A stretch of 60,131 nt of DNA from Candidatus Altiarchaeales archaeon (GTDB lineage Archaea > Altiarchaeota > Altiarchaeia > IMC4 > QMZM01): the NCBI GenBank assembly GCA_023252215.1, contig JAHEXG010000003.1, positions 1 through 60,131 of the forward strand, written 5' to 3'. Of the stretch, positions 1 to 8,834 are shown piece after piece (position 1 is the first letter of the stretch; the number at the start of each line of letters is the position of its first letter). The notes beneath the pieces are model-generated. The model was not told where the DNA came from. It saw only the letters and a program-made list of their open reading frames with translations, and searched no databases. A program made the translations under genes and the position numbers.

Positions 1-412
1 ACTTCTCAAAAAGCTTAACCCGAAGCAAAGACTCTATCCTATGCGCCAAAGAATCCGCAGGCTCAAACTTCCCGGACTCGATACGATGGATCAAAGACTC
101 CGGTTCATTAAGCATCTTCGCAAAATCCTCCATCTTCAACTGCCTTTTTTCCCGCGCAGTCTTAATGATCCGGCCATAATCCTCCTTCAAACTCGGAACA
201 GACAACTCAGCCTCAAGCACCTTAGAAAGACTAGGAACAGGCCTACTAGGAACAGCTGCAACAACAGGCTTCTTCGGAGGCTCAACATGCGGACGAACTA
301 CGCCCACGACCAGACCATAACGGGCACACTCGTTACAGACGACGGCTACACAGCCCTCGATCTTAACCTTCTTACCCTCGATGAAATGCTTGCCACAAGT
401 CTCACACTGCAT
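1..412 (-). CDS. mbf1: Archaeal multiprotein bridging factor aMBF1 (Zn ribbon + HTH), 3' end outside window
   Basis: Manual translation from ATG at 412: MQCETCGK...VCNECARYG...EDYGRIIKTAREKRQLKMEDFAKMLNEPESLIHRIESGKFEP; not in ORF track because it runs off the window. Confidence 0.9.
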   Translation of the reverse strand, partial: MQCETCGKHFIEGKKVKIEGCVAVVCNECARYGLVVGVVRPHVEPPKKPVVAAVPSRPVPSLSKVLEAELSVPSLKEDYGRIIKTAREKRQLKMEDFAKMLNEPESLIHRIESGKFEPADSLAHRIESLLRVKLFEK

Positions 413-475
413 TTTGAAAAGAAAACTGGAGTACTGATATATAATTGGGAGGAGAGGCAGAAAAATAAGGGTTAA

Positions 476-634
476 CTAACTTCTTCGACGGAGTGATTTC
501 TTGACTCCTCCCTTTTTTAACTCGATAAGCCCGCCCATCATATCAAGAAACGCCTCATTAGAGATCTTCTTGCGCTCCTCGACCTTGCGTTTGATCTTCT
601 CGATGTCGAGATGTTTGACTGGCTTCTTTTTCAC
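476..634 (-). CDS. Small basic hypothetical protein (52 aa)
   Basis: GTG start preceded by GAGGT SD-like motif; MKKKPVKHLDIEKIKRKVEERKKISNEAFLDMMGGLIELKKGGVKKSLRRRS. Confidence 0.55.
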   Translation of the reverse strand: MKKKPVKHLDIEKIKRKVEERKKISNEAFLDMMGGLIELKKGGVKKSLRRRS

Positions 635-692
635 GGAAATACCTCAATTTACTTATTATTTTGATTCAAAACCACTATATTAAATTCTACAT

Positions 693-852
693 GGGGATGT
701 GGGGTAACCTGGCATCCTAGCGGGCTCCAGTTTACATACCTGGAGCACTGATGTGACCGAAAGGACACAGATGATGAAGAGACAGGTAAGGTCCTTAAAC
801 GGGCCAAAAAAGAAGATACCTGCCGATGAGGGTTCAAATCCCTCCGTCCCCA
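693..852 (+). tRNA. tRNA-Trp(CCA) with 87-nt intron at 37/38 (731-817)
   Basis: Acceptor GGGGATG/CGTCCCC, anticodon arm GCGGG-CT-CCA-G|intron|A-CCTGC, T-arm GAGGG-TTCAAAT-CCCTC. Confidence 0.92.
731..817 (+). ncRNA. Intron-encoded box C/D guide RNA (predicted Cm34 of tRNA-Trp)
   Basis: Guide CTGGAGC (740-746) complementary to GCTCCAG (724-730), D' box CTGA 748-751, C' box ATGATGA 771-777; N+5 rule points to C34. Confidence 0.8.
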
Positions 853-1075
853 AACATCCCTTCACAGGGACGTTTACGGAAAAGAAAGGAAAGGGGAATT
901 GCCTTTAAGGCAATCCAGTCACGCTTAACCAGATATTCGATCTAATCAGTGCTGTCGAGCAAGAGCGAATGAGCGATTTGTCGCTCATGCACCAAAGTTG
1001 CAAGCACCCGCGGGGAGGATCAGGTGCCCGAAGGTGCCCTCAATGGGTATGCCAATTAAGCACATGAAAGCGTCA

Positions 1076-1112
1076 CTTTCAAAACTGGGTGGTTGAAAAC
1101 CACGCGGTTTGG
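1076..1112 (+). repeat. Hairpin repeat family A, copy 1
   Basis: CTTTCAAAACTGGGTGGTTGAAAACCACGCGGTTTGG; near-identical copies at 5969, 25867 and covariant copy at 38915. Confidence 0.85.
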
Positions 1113-1139
1113 TGTAGGGTTCAAATCCCTTCGTATTCA
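1113..1139 (+). repeat. Degenerate duplicate of tRNA-Trp 3' end (827-852)
   Basis: TGTAGGGTTCAAATCCCTTCGTATTCA vs TGAGGGTTCAAATCCCTCCGTCCCCA. Confidence 0.7.
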
Positions 1140-1238
1140 TGATTTTGCTCGAAGTGCCTGAGAACGGAGTTCAGTATCCAGACGTGAGATGTCCATTTTT
1201 CTTGTGATATATTAAATATATTAAAGATATATGCGAAA

Positions 1239-1973
1239 ATGGCCTCTCCTAAGTTAAGGAACGAAACGAAGAAAGAGATTTTAAGATATATTCAAGAAAA
1301 AGCAACCTCTCAAACTTCTTTATCTGAACTTGCTCGAGATGCAATAATTAACAAGTTTAAATCTGAACAATTTGCTGACAATGATGTCAGGGAAATAATT
1401 GATGAGCTTATAAACAAGGATAAGGCTGTTCATTCACATAAGGTTAAATTAGATGTAATAATTCCTTATGACCGAGTTACTAATTTTACTAGAGAATACG
1501 CACCTTACATGACCAAAGGAACAACATCCATAGCTGTTATCAGTTTAATAATTACTATCTTGTTTATATCCTACTTTGGAAGTACTCCCACTCAGTCAGC
1601 TATGACTCCAAATACCTCTATGATAAATACAAACTCCACTTTAACCGATCAAAAAAGTGAGACTGCTCCAAACTATGGAGCATTATATCTCATTGGGCTG
1701 ATGCTTAACTTTCTTTTCTATAGTATTATCTATATTTTATATGAACCAATACTACGTAGCCTAAAACTTGGAATAGTTAACAATCGTAGAATTAATGTAG
1801 TTATTATTTCAGTCCTACTATCATTGGGCTTTACTACAATTATTATTTATTCATTTACCTTCCTCAACCATGAATCTTTTACTACAAATCATTTTGCGGC
1901 GGGTGTTACTGCAGGAGCTGCTCTAGCTGCGGTTGTTATCTATATATTCTCAAAAGACTTTCATGTGTCCTAG
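1239..1973 (+). CDS. AT-rich membrane protein (soluble N-terminal domain + ~4 TM helices)
   Basis: 244-aa ORF, hydrophobic segments in C-terminal half; markedly lower GC than flanks. Confidence 0.7.
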   Translation: MASPKLRNETKKEILRYIQEKATSQTSLSELARDAIINKFKSEQFADNDVREIIDELINKDKAVHSHKVKLDVIIPYDRVTNFTREYAPYMTKGTTSIAVISLIITILFISYFGSTPTQSAMTPNTSMINTNSTLTDQKSETAPNYGALYLIGLMLNFLFYSIIYILYEPILRSLKLGIVNNRRINVVIISVLLSLGFTTIIIYSFTFLNHESFTTNHFAAGVTAGAALAAVVIYIFSKDFHVS

Positions 1974-2094
1974 AAATAAATGTTTCCTTTGCGAGACCAA
2001 GATTGTTGTTTTGTCGGGTGGAAAACTTAACTCGACAGAACTACTTATATTCTTTAAATAAACATAATACACCTATATCACGTGTAATACCAAC

Positions 2095-2403
2095 ATGGCC
2101 GCAATCACCTTATCCGTCCCCGACGATCTTAAGAAGCGCATGGATTCCGTTGACTGGGTGAATTGGTCGTCCGTGGCTCGGAAGGCATTCGTTGAAAGAT
2201 TATCCGACGTGGAAGAGCTCGAAGCAAAGAAGAAGGTGGCGGAGATATCGGAGATCCCCGATGACGACAAAAGAGTAGTCAAGTCCAGTCTCGTCAAAAA
2301 GGTCGTCAAGTCCATCGACAAGACTTCAAAAGAGCTGAAAGCTGGCAAGATCAAGCCCATGTCCTTGGAAGAATTCAACAAAGGCCAGACTAGAAGAAAA
2401 TAG
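2095..2403 (+). CDS. Ribbon-helix-helix (CopG-like) antitoxin-type protein
   Basis: N-terminus MAAITLSVPDDLKKRMDSVDWVNWSSVARKA typical of archaeal RHH antitoxins. Confidence 0.7.
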   Translation: MAAITLSVPDDLKKRMDSVDWVNWSSVARKAFVERLSDVEELEAKKKVAEISEIPDDDKRVVKSSLVKKVVKSIDKTSKELKAGKIKPMSLEEFNKGQTRRK

Positions 2404-2405
2404 GC

Positions 2406-2726
2406 CTATATCGTTATCCCCTCTGCATTCGCCTTTCCGACTAAAGTCACTCCCTTGCTTCTTTTCCTGTATTCTTCCGGGGTATAGCAGATAAAATCCA
2501 CTGGCTGATCCGTCAGACCCCAGTAATCATACATCCTTGCTCCTCGTTGCATGTAGTCCAGGTCTTTGAATTTCGGGCTGACTATGATCAGGTCTACGTC
2601 GCTGTCTTTATGGGTTTTCCCGCTTGCCTGGCTTCCGAAGAGTATCATCTTCTCTACTGGATAGTCGCGGCTTATGTTTTTCTTTATTTCTTTCAGACTG
2701 TTTAAGAGATCTGTTTTTTTGCCCAT
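2406..2726 (-). CDS. Minimal nucleotidyltransferase (MNT)
   Basis: LFGSQASG...DSDVDL motif, 106 aa, downstream of HEPN gene. Confidence 0.9.
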   Translation of the reverse strand: MGKKTDLLNSLKEIKKNISRDYPVEKMILFGSQASGKTHKDSDVDLIIVSPKFKDLDYMQRGARMYDYWGLTDQPVDFICYTPEEYRKRSKGVTLVGKANAEGITI

Positions 2727-3067
2727 TTTATTATTCCCTCGGCATAATCTGCAAATATTTTCGCTTTCAGGTCTATGTCCTTTATTTCCGGCATATCGGG
2801 GTATCTTGAGTATGTATAAGCCGGAGCAAGCTCCTTTGCCGACTCCATTATGTTCTTAGGCGCTTTAAGTTTCTTTGCCAGGAGCACCAGATCATGCGTT
2901 CTGATGAGTTCGCCTTCCTTTTCTATTAGAATCGCTTTAAAAGCTTTCTATGCAGCTTGCTGGCATAGGAAGACGCAGACATTGTACTTGCAGCCTGTGA
3001 GATTGTATCTTGCAGCATCTAAATCCTCGTCCGCCTTACATAGCCAACTAGCAGCCTCTGCTTTCAT
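2702..3067 (-). pseudogene. HEPN domain protein interrupted by in-frame TAG at codon 40 (2948-2950)
   Basis: MKAEAASWL.KADEDLDAARY...FLCQQAA*KAFKA...RTHDL...YTYSRYPD; stop occupies the conserved Glu of QQAAEK. Confidence 0.85.
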
Positions 3068-3304
3068 AACTAATAAACAATTAGAATCCGTCGATTATAT
3101 ATCTATCCCAGAAAGGCGTTGTCTCAAAAGTTATGGCTTTCGCCTTCCTCTGCGGCTTCGTATGGGCATAAAATAATAAAAATTACGTTAAAAATTGTTA
3201 AAATGTGCCCATACACCTGTCATGTTTCTTCACCGCGCCGCATACGCACCCGTCCCGGCAACATCTTATCTACTCTCTTTCCCAATCCTTAACAGAACTA
3301 CAAC

Positions 3305-3826
3305 ATGAAAACCTTAATAGTATATTACTCCGGCACCGGCAGCAACAAAGCCCTTGCCGAAGACATGGCAAAAAGGATGAATGCCGATATCGAAGGCCTC
3401 GGCGGAGGCGGAACCATCGAAGGTATGGGCATTGCCGTCACTGCGTTCAAGTCGTTCATTGGCTTGGGTTCAGGCATCGGTAAATTAAAATACGATCCAA
3501 GCGGTTATGATCTTGTGGTCCTTGTTTCGCCTGTTTATGCAATGGGTGTCCCTCCTCAGATGAATGCGTATCTTAGCCGTTTCAAGGGCAAGATAAAGAA
3601 AGCAGCAATTGCATCAGTTTCGGGTTCCGGGAATAACCCTAAGGCTATGGCGAAGATGGAAAAGCTCGCGGGCGGTAAGGCAGTGGCTGTTCTTCAGCTG
3701 AAGGGCTTGGAGGACAAATCAGGGCCAAAGAAGGGCTTCCAGAAGCTCACCGCGCAAGATCTCGGAAAACCGGAATACGGGGAAAAGATCGATGCCTTCG
3801 TCCGGGCGGTTCAAAAGGGTCTTTGA
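3305..3826 (+). CDS. Flavodoxin family protein
   Basis: IVYYSGTGSNKALA FMN-binding loop; YDLVVLVSPVYA. Confidence 0.85.
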   Translation: MKTLIVYYSGTGSNKALAEDMAKRMNADIEGLGGGGTIEGMGIAVTAFKSFIGLGSGIGKLKYDPSGYDLVVLVSPVYAMGVPPQMNAYLSRFKGKIKKAAIASVSGSGNNPKAMAKMEKLAGGKAVAVLQLKGLEDKSGPKKGFQKLTAQDLGKPEYGEKIDAFVRAVQKGL

Positions 3827-4239
3827 CTCTTTTTATTCTCATATCCCTCGCATCGACAGAACACCCCGTGCCCTTTTTCGCACGGGAATATCCTGCAGAA
3901 CATGGGTTTTACGTCATATATCGTGCAGTAGTACTCTTTTTTGTTTCTGACTTTTCTTATGAACGGGCATCTGTGGCTCGTCCTGTTTTTGAATAGACCG
4001 CTCGAGCCGAATTGTTCCCATTCGGCGAGCATCTTTTTGCCTGTCAGATCCTTTCTGCCTGCGCGTTTCCATCCTTCCAGGTCTTTTTCACATATGTCTA
4101 TATGGTCTGTCGAGAGGCAGCATCTTGCGCATCTTTTGCATTGGAAGCCTAGAGCCGCCCTTTTCTTTTCGACCTCTAGTACTTGTTCTTCTATGGTCTC
4201 TTCTTTGAACTCGGGCCCGCCTGCATAGTCGTCGTCCAT
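3811..4239 (-). CDS. YkgJ family cysteine cluster protein
   Basis: FQCKRCARCC ... CPF ... CTIYDVKPMFCRIFP. Confidence 0.85.
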   Translation of the reverse strand: MDDDYAGGPEFKEETIEEQVLEVEKKRAALGFQCKRCARCCLSTDHIDICEKDLEGWKRAGRKDLTGKKMLAEWEQFGSSGLFKNRTSHRCPFIRKVRNKKEYYCTIYDVKPMFCRIFPCEKGHGVFCRCEGYENKKSQRPF

Positions 4240-4490
4240 GTTTTAGGTGGTTAATTATGTATCCCTTGTTCCTAATATCCCTAGGGGCGTGCTAATGCAG
4301 CCAATGAAGCATAATGGCAATGCATACTGATCCTTATGTGACTACATTACGTCAATTTGTAGTCACATAGCTACTTGCAGCCTTTCATCTCCTTTCCAAA
4401 AAACCACCTGCGCTCTCCTATTTTCTGCACTTTCTTATCCTGTCCCCAAGATTAGATAACCTAATCCAATAATATACTCTCCCTTAAACC

Positions 4491-5285
4491 ATGAAAACCT
4501 ACGAAATATTCGAAAAAGTCAGAAAGGAAAAGCCTTTAGTGCACCATATAACGAACTGGGTGACGATCTACGACTGCGCGAACATGACGCGCGCATTCGG
4601 GGCACTCCCGGTCATGGCGCATGCAAAGGAGGAGTCAGGGGACATGGCCTCTATCGCATCAGCATTAGTCTTAAACATCGGCACCCTCACTCCGGAACTC
4701 ATAGAGTCCATGATAATCGCGGCGAAGAGCGCGAACAAGAAAGGCATCCCGGTAGTCCTGGACGCAGTAGGCGTGGGCGCAACCAGGCTGCGCAACGAGT
4801 CTGCTGCGCAGCTATTGGATAAGGTAAAAATAGACATCATCAAGGGCAACTCGTCTGAAATAGCAAAGCTTGCAGGCATGAACGTATCGACCCGGGGCGT
4901 GGAAGCAACGAAGGTCGATACCGATCTTAGGGAGGTTGCAAAGAAACTGGCAAAGGAAAGGAAAGCAACAGTCGTCATAACCGGGAAGGAAGACATAGTG
5001 AGCGACGGCAAAAATACTTACCTGGTGAAAAACGGCCATGAATTGATGGGCAAAGTGGTCGGGACCGGCTGCATGGCGGCGTCAGTCATCGGCTCATTCG
5101 CGGCAGTAGAAAAGGACTACGCTAAAGCAGCGGCTGCGGCCTTATCTATTTACGGCATAGCCGGGGAGCTTGCAGCCGAAGAATCGGATGGCCCCGGAAG
5201 CTTTAAAGAGAATCTGTACGACGCAGTCTACAATCTGCAAAAAGATAGCATAGAGGAGTTGAGCGAAATTGAAGAACTTAAATGA
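4491..5285 (+). CDS. thiM: Hydroxyethylthiazole kinase
   Basis: [40 protein letters not shown] motifs. Confidence 0.95.
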   Translation: MKTYEIFEKVRKEKPLVHHITNWVTIYDCANMTRAFGALPVMAHAKEESGDMASIASALVLNIGTLTPELIESMIIAAKSANKKGIPVVLDAVGVGATRLRNESAAQLLDKVKIDIIKGNSSEIAKLAGMNVSTRGVEATKVDTDLREVAKKLAKERKATVVITGKEDIVSDGKNTYLVKNGHELMGKVVGTGCMAASVIGSFAAVEKDYAKAAAAALSIYGIAGELAAEESDGPGSFKENLYDAVYNLQKDSIEELSEIEELK

Positions 5286-5895
5286 CATCGACTTTTATTT
5301 CATAACCGACGCGCGCCTGAGCAAAAAAGGGATATTCTCAGACGTCGAGGACGCAGTCTGCGCAGGCTGCAGGATAGTCCAATACCGCGAGAAGGCCAAG
5401 AAAGATGAAGAGATGATAGAGGAAGCCAGAAAGCTAATGGAATCATGCGGGAACAATGTAATTTTTGTGGTGAACGACCGGGTCGATGTCGCTCTCGCAG
5501 TTGACGCAGACGGCGTGCACCTGGGACAAAAAGACCTTGACGTTGCGGATGCGAGAAAGATCCTTGGAAGAAAGATACTGGGCGTCACAGTGCATAACCT
5601 GCAAGAGGCTCGCAGGGCCGTAGAATATGGCGCAGATTACCTGGGAGTGAGCCCTATTTTTCCCACCAGTACAAAGTCCGACGCAGGCAAATCATGCGGA
5701 ACAGAATTAATAGAAAAGATAAAAGAAGAGATAACTCTGCCAATCGTAGCCATCGGCGGAATCACCAAAGCGAATACGCCTCAGGTCATAAGAGCCGGGG
5801 CAAACTCAGTAGCCGCGATCTCGGCAGTCATGTGCTCCGACGACGTTGAAAAAGAAGTCAGAGACTTTATAAGGATAATACATGAGCGTGTCTGA
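5269..5895 (+). CDS. thiE: Thiamine-phosphate synthase
   Basis: [29 protein letters not shown] motifs; follows thiM. Confidence 0.95.
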   Translation: MKNLNDIDFYFITDARLSKKGIFSDVEDAVCAGCRIVQYREKAKKDEEMIEEARKLMESCGNNVIFVVNDRVDVALAVDADGVHLGQKDLDVADARKILGRKILGVTVHNLQEARRAVEYGADYLGVSPIFPTSTKSDAGKSCGTELIEKIKEEITLPIVAIGGITKANTPQVIRAGANSVAAISAVMCSDDVEKEVRDFIRIIHERV

Positions 5896-5968
5896 TCTAT
5901 TAGCCGTCAGCATTGTCTTCGCTTCGCTCGACAGCAATCGGGGGGGAGGGTCAGGATGAACGGCGCAG

Positions 5969-6009
5969 CCTTTCAAAACTGGGTGGTTGAACTCAACCAC
6001 TCGGTTTGG
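5969..6009 (+). repeat. Hairpin repeat family A, copy 2
   Basis: CCTTTCAAAACTGGGTGGTTGAACTCAACCACTCGGTTTGG. Confidence 0.85.
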
Positions 6010-6028
6010 TGATTAATTAATTCTGCGT

Positions 6029-6940
6029 GTGAATAATTCTACGATGACTTTAAACAGCAGTAAAAGCTTCAGGAAACCGGAGAAAAAGGCCGGCGTGGGA
6101 CGCGGGAAGGTACTGCTGTTGCTCGTGGTTTTTGCATGCCTTCTGCTTACTGTTGCTGTTGCGGCCCTGCTTTTGGGCGGCGTTAAGATGGGGCAGCTGC
6201 CTCTTGTGGGGCAGAAAATAGCCATCATCCCTTTGAAGGGCGAGATCACTGCCGAAGGCTGTAGTGCCAGTTTATTCAGTTCTGCTTCGTGCGCTAATGT
6301 GGCTGCTATCAAAGAGATGCTGAAGGCTGCGGATAAGGATGATTCCATCCGGGCCGTGGTATTGGATATCAACAGCGGCGGAGGGTCTGTCGTTCCTTCA
6401 AGGGATCTTGCTTACACCGTTAAGGCTATGAAAAAGCCCGTTGTCGCCTTCATCGGGGAGACTGGTGCGTCTGGTGCTTATTATGTGGCTTCGGCCGCGG
6501 ATTATATAGTCACGGACCGGGATTCTATGACTGGCAGCATCGGGGTTATAATGACCATACAACAGATGTATGGGCTATACGATAAGCTGGGTCTGAACGT
6601 TACAGTAATTAAGTCCGGAAAGGTCAAAGACATAGGCAGTCCCTATAGGGAGATGACTCCCGAGGAGAATAAGGAGCTTACTAATATGGTCGATAAGATA
6701 TACGAAGATTTTATCTCAGACGTTGCCGTGAACCGTAACCTGTCAGTGGATTACGTGAGGAACATCTCCGACGGAAGCATATACCTTGGCAGGGATGCAA
6801 AAGACATGGGTCTGGTAGACTCGCTGGGCGGCATAGACGATGCAGTGCAGATAGCAGCGAGCCTGGGAAATGTCAGCGGGGAGCCTGCCATACAGAAGAC
6901 CGCGTCCAAGACCCTCAGTATATGGGATCTTTTTACCTGA
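6029..6940 (+). CDS. sppA: Signal peptide peptidase SppA
   Basis: N-terminal [28 protein letters not shown] motifs. Confidence 0.92.
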   Translation: MNNSTMTLNSSKSFRKPEKKAGVGRGKVLLLLVVFACLLLTVAVAALLLGGVKMGQLPLVGQKIAIIPLKGEITAEGCSASLFSSASCANVAAIKEMLKAADKDDSIRAVVLDINSGGGSVVPSRDLAYTVKAMKKPVVAFIGETGASGAYYVASAADYIVTDRDSMTGSIGVIMTIQQMYGLYDKLGLNVTVIKSGKVKDIGSPYREMTPEENKELTNMVDKIYEDFISDVAVNRNLSVDYVRNISDGSIYLGRDAKDMGLVDSLGGIDDAVQIAASLGNVSGEPAIQKTASKTLSIWDLFT

Positions 6941-6990
6941 TCTCTCTTAAGTGTTTTGATATAAAAAGGCCAAATTCCAAGGAATACACT

Positions 6991-7191
6991 ATGGGAAGAA
7001 TTAAGCAGACCTATTTGAAGAGGGTGGCTAAGAACCTCCTGGCTGTATACCCTGACGCCTTTACCCCGGATTTTGAGAACAATAAAAAGAAGGTGCAGGA
7101 ACTGACCACAGTGCAGAGCAAATCCATCAGAAACAAGATAGCCGGCTACCTATGCAGGGTCATGAGACAAAAAGAAGTACTGCCTGACTAA
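6991..7191 (+). CDS. rps17e: 30S ribosomal protein S17e
   Basis: [13 protein letters not shown]...[10 protein letters not shown]...[11 protein letters not shown]. Confidence 0.95.
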   Translation: MGRIKQTYLKRVAKNLLAVYPDAFTPDFENNKKKVQELTTVQSKSIRNKIAGYLCRVMRQKEVLPD

Positions 7192-7222
7192 GATCCGGGG
7201 CCTAAATCTAAGACCCGGATAA

Positions 7223-7999
7223 CTATATCTCATAGCATTTCTTTGAATAGCCGCAGGACTCGCATTTTCTACCGCTCCCGTGGGGGCATATGTCCGGAAC
7301 CACTCCTTCAAGGATCTTGAACACTGCTTCCGAGGTCTCAGAAACCTTCTTTCTAAGGCTGTCAGTATTCATGACCGGCCTCATCTCCGGTACTCGCGTG
7401 TATTCTACAAAGCCGTAAGGTATTTTTTTCTTCGCCTGCACATCCTCTTCCAAGAGCAGGGCATAGGCGCACACCTGTATCCTATCCCCTTCCCAAACGC
7501 TCTCAGGCGGACTACAGGTCTTAATCTCCACAGGATAATAAAAGGATTCTTTCATGACCTTGTCTATCCTCCCGCACAGGCTCAGTTTCTCGGACGACAC
7601 AGGATAATCGACCCTCCACGGACTCATCCTGCGCAAGGCAGCATCAAAACCAAGGTCTTCTGCGATATAAGAAACCCGCTCACCCAATGCGCCCAAGTCG
7701 GCAAGGACCTCGGACCTCACAGCCTCAGCATCCTCTCTCCTAACAGAAGGATAATCTTCCAAGACGACTCCAAAAGAGCGCTCAACTACATCCCTCAAAG
7801 CAGAAACCAGGCCCCCGGCATCATCAACCGCTCCCAACAACTCCATCTGCTTAGCGATCAACGTCTTCCTCAACGCATGATCGAACAAACCCCTCTCCAG
7901 GCTGGCCACAGAATCAGGCTCAAGCCCCAGGACGCTGGAAAGATAAACGCTACGCGGACAAAAAGAATAAGAACTCAGAACCGAGACAGCAACTTTCAT
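7223..7999 (-). CDS. cas4: Solo Cas4-like PD-(D/E)XK exonuclease with Fe-S cysteines
   Basis: FCPR, GRIDKV, PVEIKT, QVCAYALL, C-terminal CPH..KCESCGYSKKC; no other cas genes or array nearby. Confidence 0.85.
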   Translation of the reverse strand: MKVAVSVLSSYSFCPRSVYLSSVLGLEPDSVASLERGLFDHALRKTLIAKQMELLGAVDDAGGLVSALRDVVERSFGVVLEDYPSVRREDAEAVRSEVLADLGALGERVSYIAEDLGFDAALRRMSPWRVDYPVSSEKLSLCGRIDKVMKESFYYPVEIKTCSPPESVWEGDRIQVCAYALLLEEDVQAKKKIPYGFVEYTRVPEMRPVMNTDSLRKKVSETSEAVFKILEGVVPDICPHGSGRKCESCGYSKKCYEI

Positions 8000-8364
8000 G
8001 AGACGATCCTTACAGAATCCGCATTTTTTGGCTTGACCTCCAGCGCCCCCTTATACTCGTCCAACTCCCCGATAACGTCGACGCCGCACCCTTTAACTAC
8101 CCGGGAAGTCGCGTTGGCCATATAATAGCTCACAAAGACATCGATAACGCCGCTGCCATCGTCTACGGAAAATGTTACGCTCCCGCCCTTGAACTTGTAG
8201 ACCTCGGAAACATTGCCCCGGACATGAACCTGCCTGCCGATAGAACCAGAACCAAGCACGCCGATCTTTGAAACCGGCGGCTCCATAACCATGGAAGCAT
8301 ACGTAAAAATCAACAAGCCAAGCACCGAAACACCCAAGGCAACATAGACGATCCTGCCTGACAT
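7996..8364 (-). CDS. Membrane-anchored OB-fold protein
   Basis: N-terminal TM then V.VRGNV...FSVDDGSGVIDV...GELDEYKGALEV. Confidence 0.75.
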   Translation of the reverse strand: MSGRIVYVALGVSVLGLLIFTYASMVMEPPVSKIGVLGSGSIGRQVHVRGNVSEVYKFKGGSVTFSVDDGSGVIDVFVSYYMANATSRVVKGCGVDVIGELDEYKGALEVKPKNADSVRIVS

Positions 8365-8384
8365 CGTAAATGCCCGCCGGGTGC

Positions 8385-8543
8385 TTAAACCGATGCTTTT
8401 GCCGCTTTCTTCTTGTGCTTCCTGCGGATCTTATAGGTCTTCCCGCATCTCCTGCACTTCGTCGCACCGACAGGGTTCTTGGCGTTGCAGTTCATGCAGA
8501 TGCCTTTAAAGATCCTTGCCTCAGCCTCTAAAAACTTAGCCAT
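8385..8543 (-). CDS. rpl40e: 50S ribosomal protein L40e
   Basis: Manual translation [45 protein letters not shown]. Confidence 0.92.
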   Translation of the reverse strand: MAKFLEAEARIFKGICMNCNAKNPVGATKCRRCGKTYKIRRKHKKKAAKASV

Positions 8544-8589
8544 CGTTTCTGTGAAAATAAGATAGTGATTTGTGATTTAGAGCATTTAA

Positions 8590-8659
8590 ATCAACCTTCT
8601 GAAAGGTTGATCATCACTACGAGTATGTGGTACCTGAAGGTACCACAGAACGCATCAGT
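8590..8659 (+). repeat. Hairpin repeat family B, copy 1
   Basis: hairpin + ACGAGTAT-GTGGTACC-TGAA-GGTACCAC-AGAACGCATCAGT; second copy at 24187-24254. Confidence 0.75.
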
Positions 8660-8702
8660 CGTCGGCCGACCCATCGAGCGAAGCGAGCATGGGTCCCAAT
8701 TT

Positions 8703-8832
8703 TTGTCCCTATGGGACATGTGCGTCGCACATTTTTCCAAGGCTTTTGCGCTTAGCGCATGCCTGCGGGCATCTTTTATTTTTAAGAAATGTCGGAAGGC
8801 CCGGCATGCCAGCAAGCTTGCTGGCAAAAAGG
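8703..8832 (-). repeat. Array of three TG..CA|TG..CA double hairpins downstream of tRNA-iMet (family D)
   Basis: Six adjacent inverted repeats joined pairwise by CATG; same architecture at 38070-38152. Confidence 0.75.
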
Positions 8833-8834
8833 TT

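Noticed and set aside
2948..2950. Pyrrolysine or amber recoding in the HEPN gene
   Set aside because: The stop replaces a conserved Glu by a single substitution, and TAG terminates other genes here (e.g. rpl14e).
4240..4490. TPP riboswitch upstream of thiM
   Set aside because: Core CTGAGA and CCTGA..TAAT..GCG.AGG motifs are absent.
6010..6035. Duplication of the thiE 3' end after family A copy 2
   Set aside because: Similarity (GAT.AAT...GCGTGT) is too weak to count.
7223..7999. CRISPR-Cas locus around cas4
   Set aside because: No regularly spaced repeat-spacer array and no other cas genes; solo Cas4 is common in archaea. No evidence links it to the hairpin cassettes.
7280..8125. Long shadow ORFs (also 41-475, 20934-22031, 24536-25450, 53857-54597, 59069-59695)
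   Set aside because: They are antisense or off-frame to well-supported genes, with biased composition caused by strand skew.
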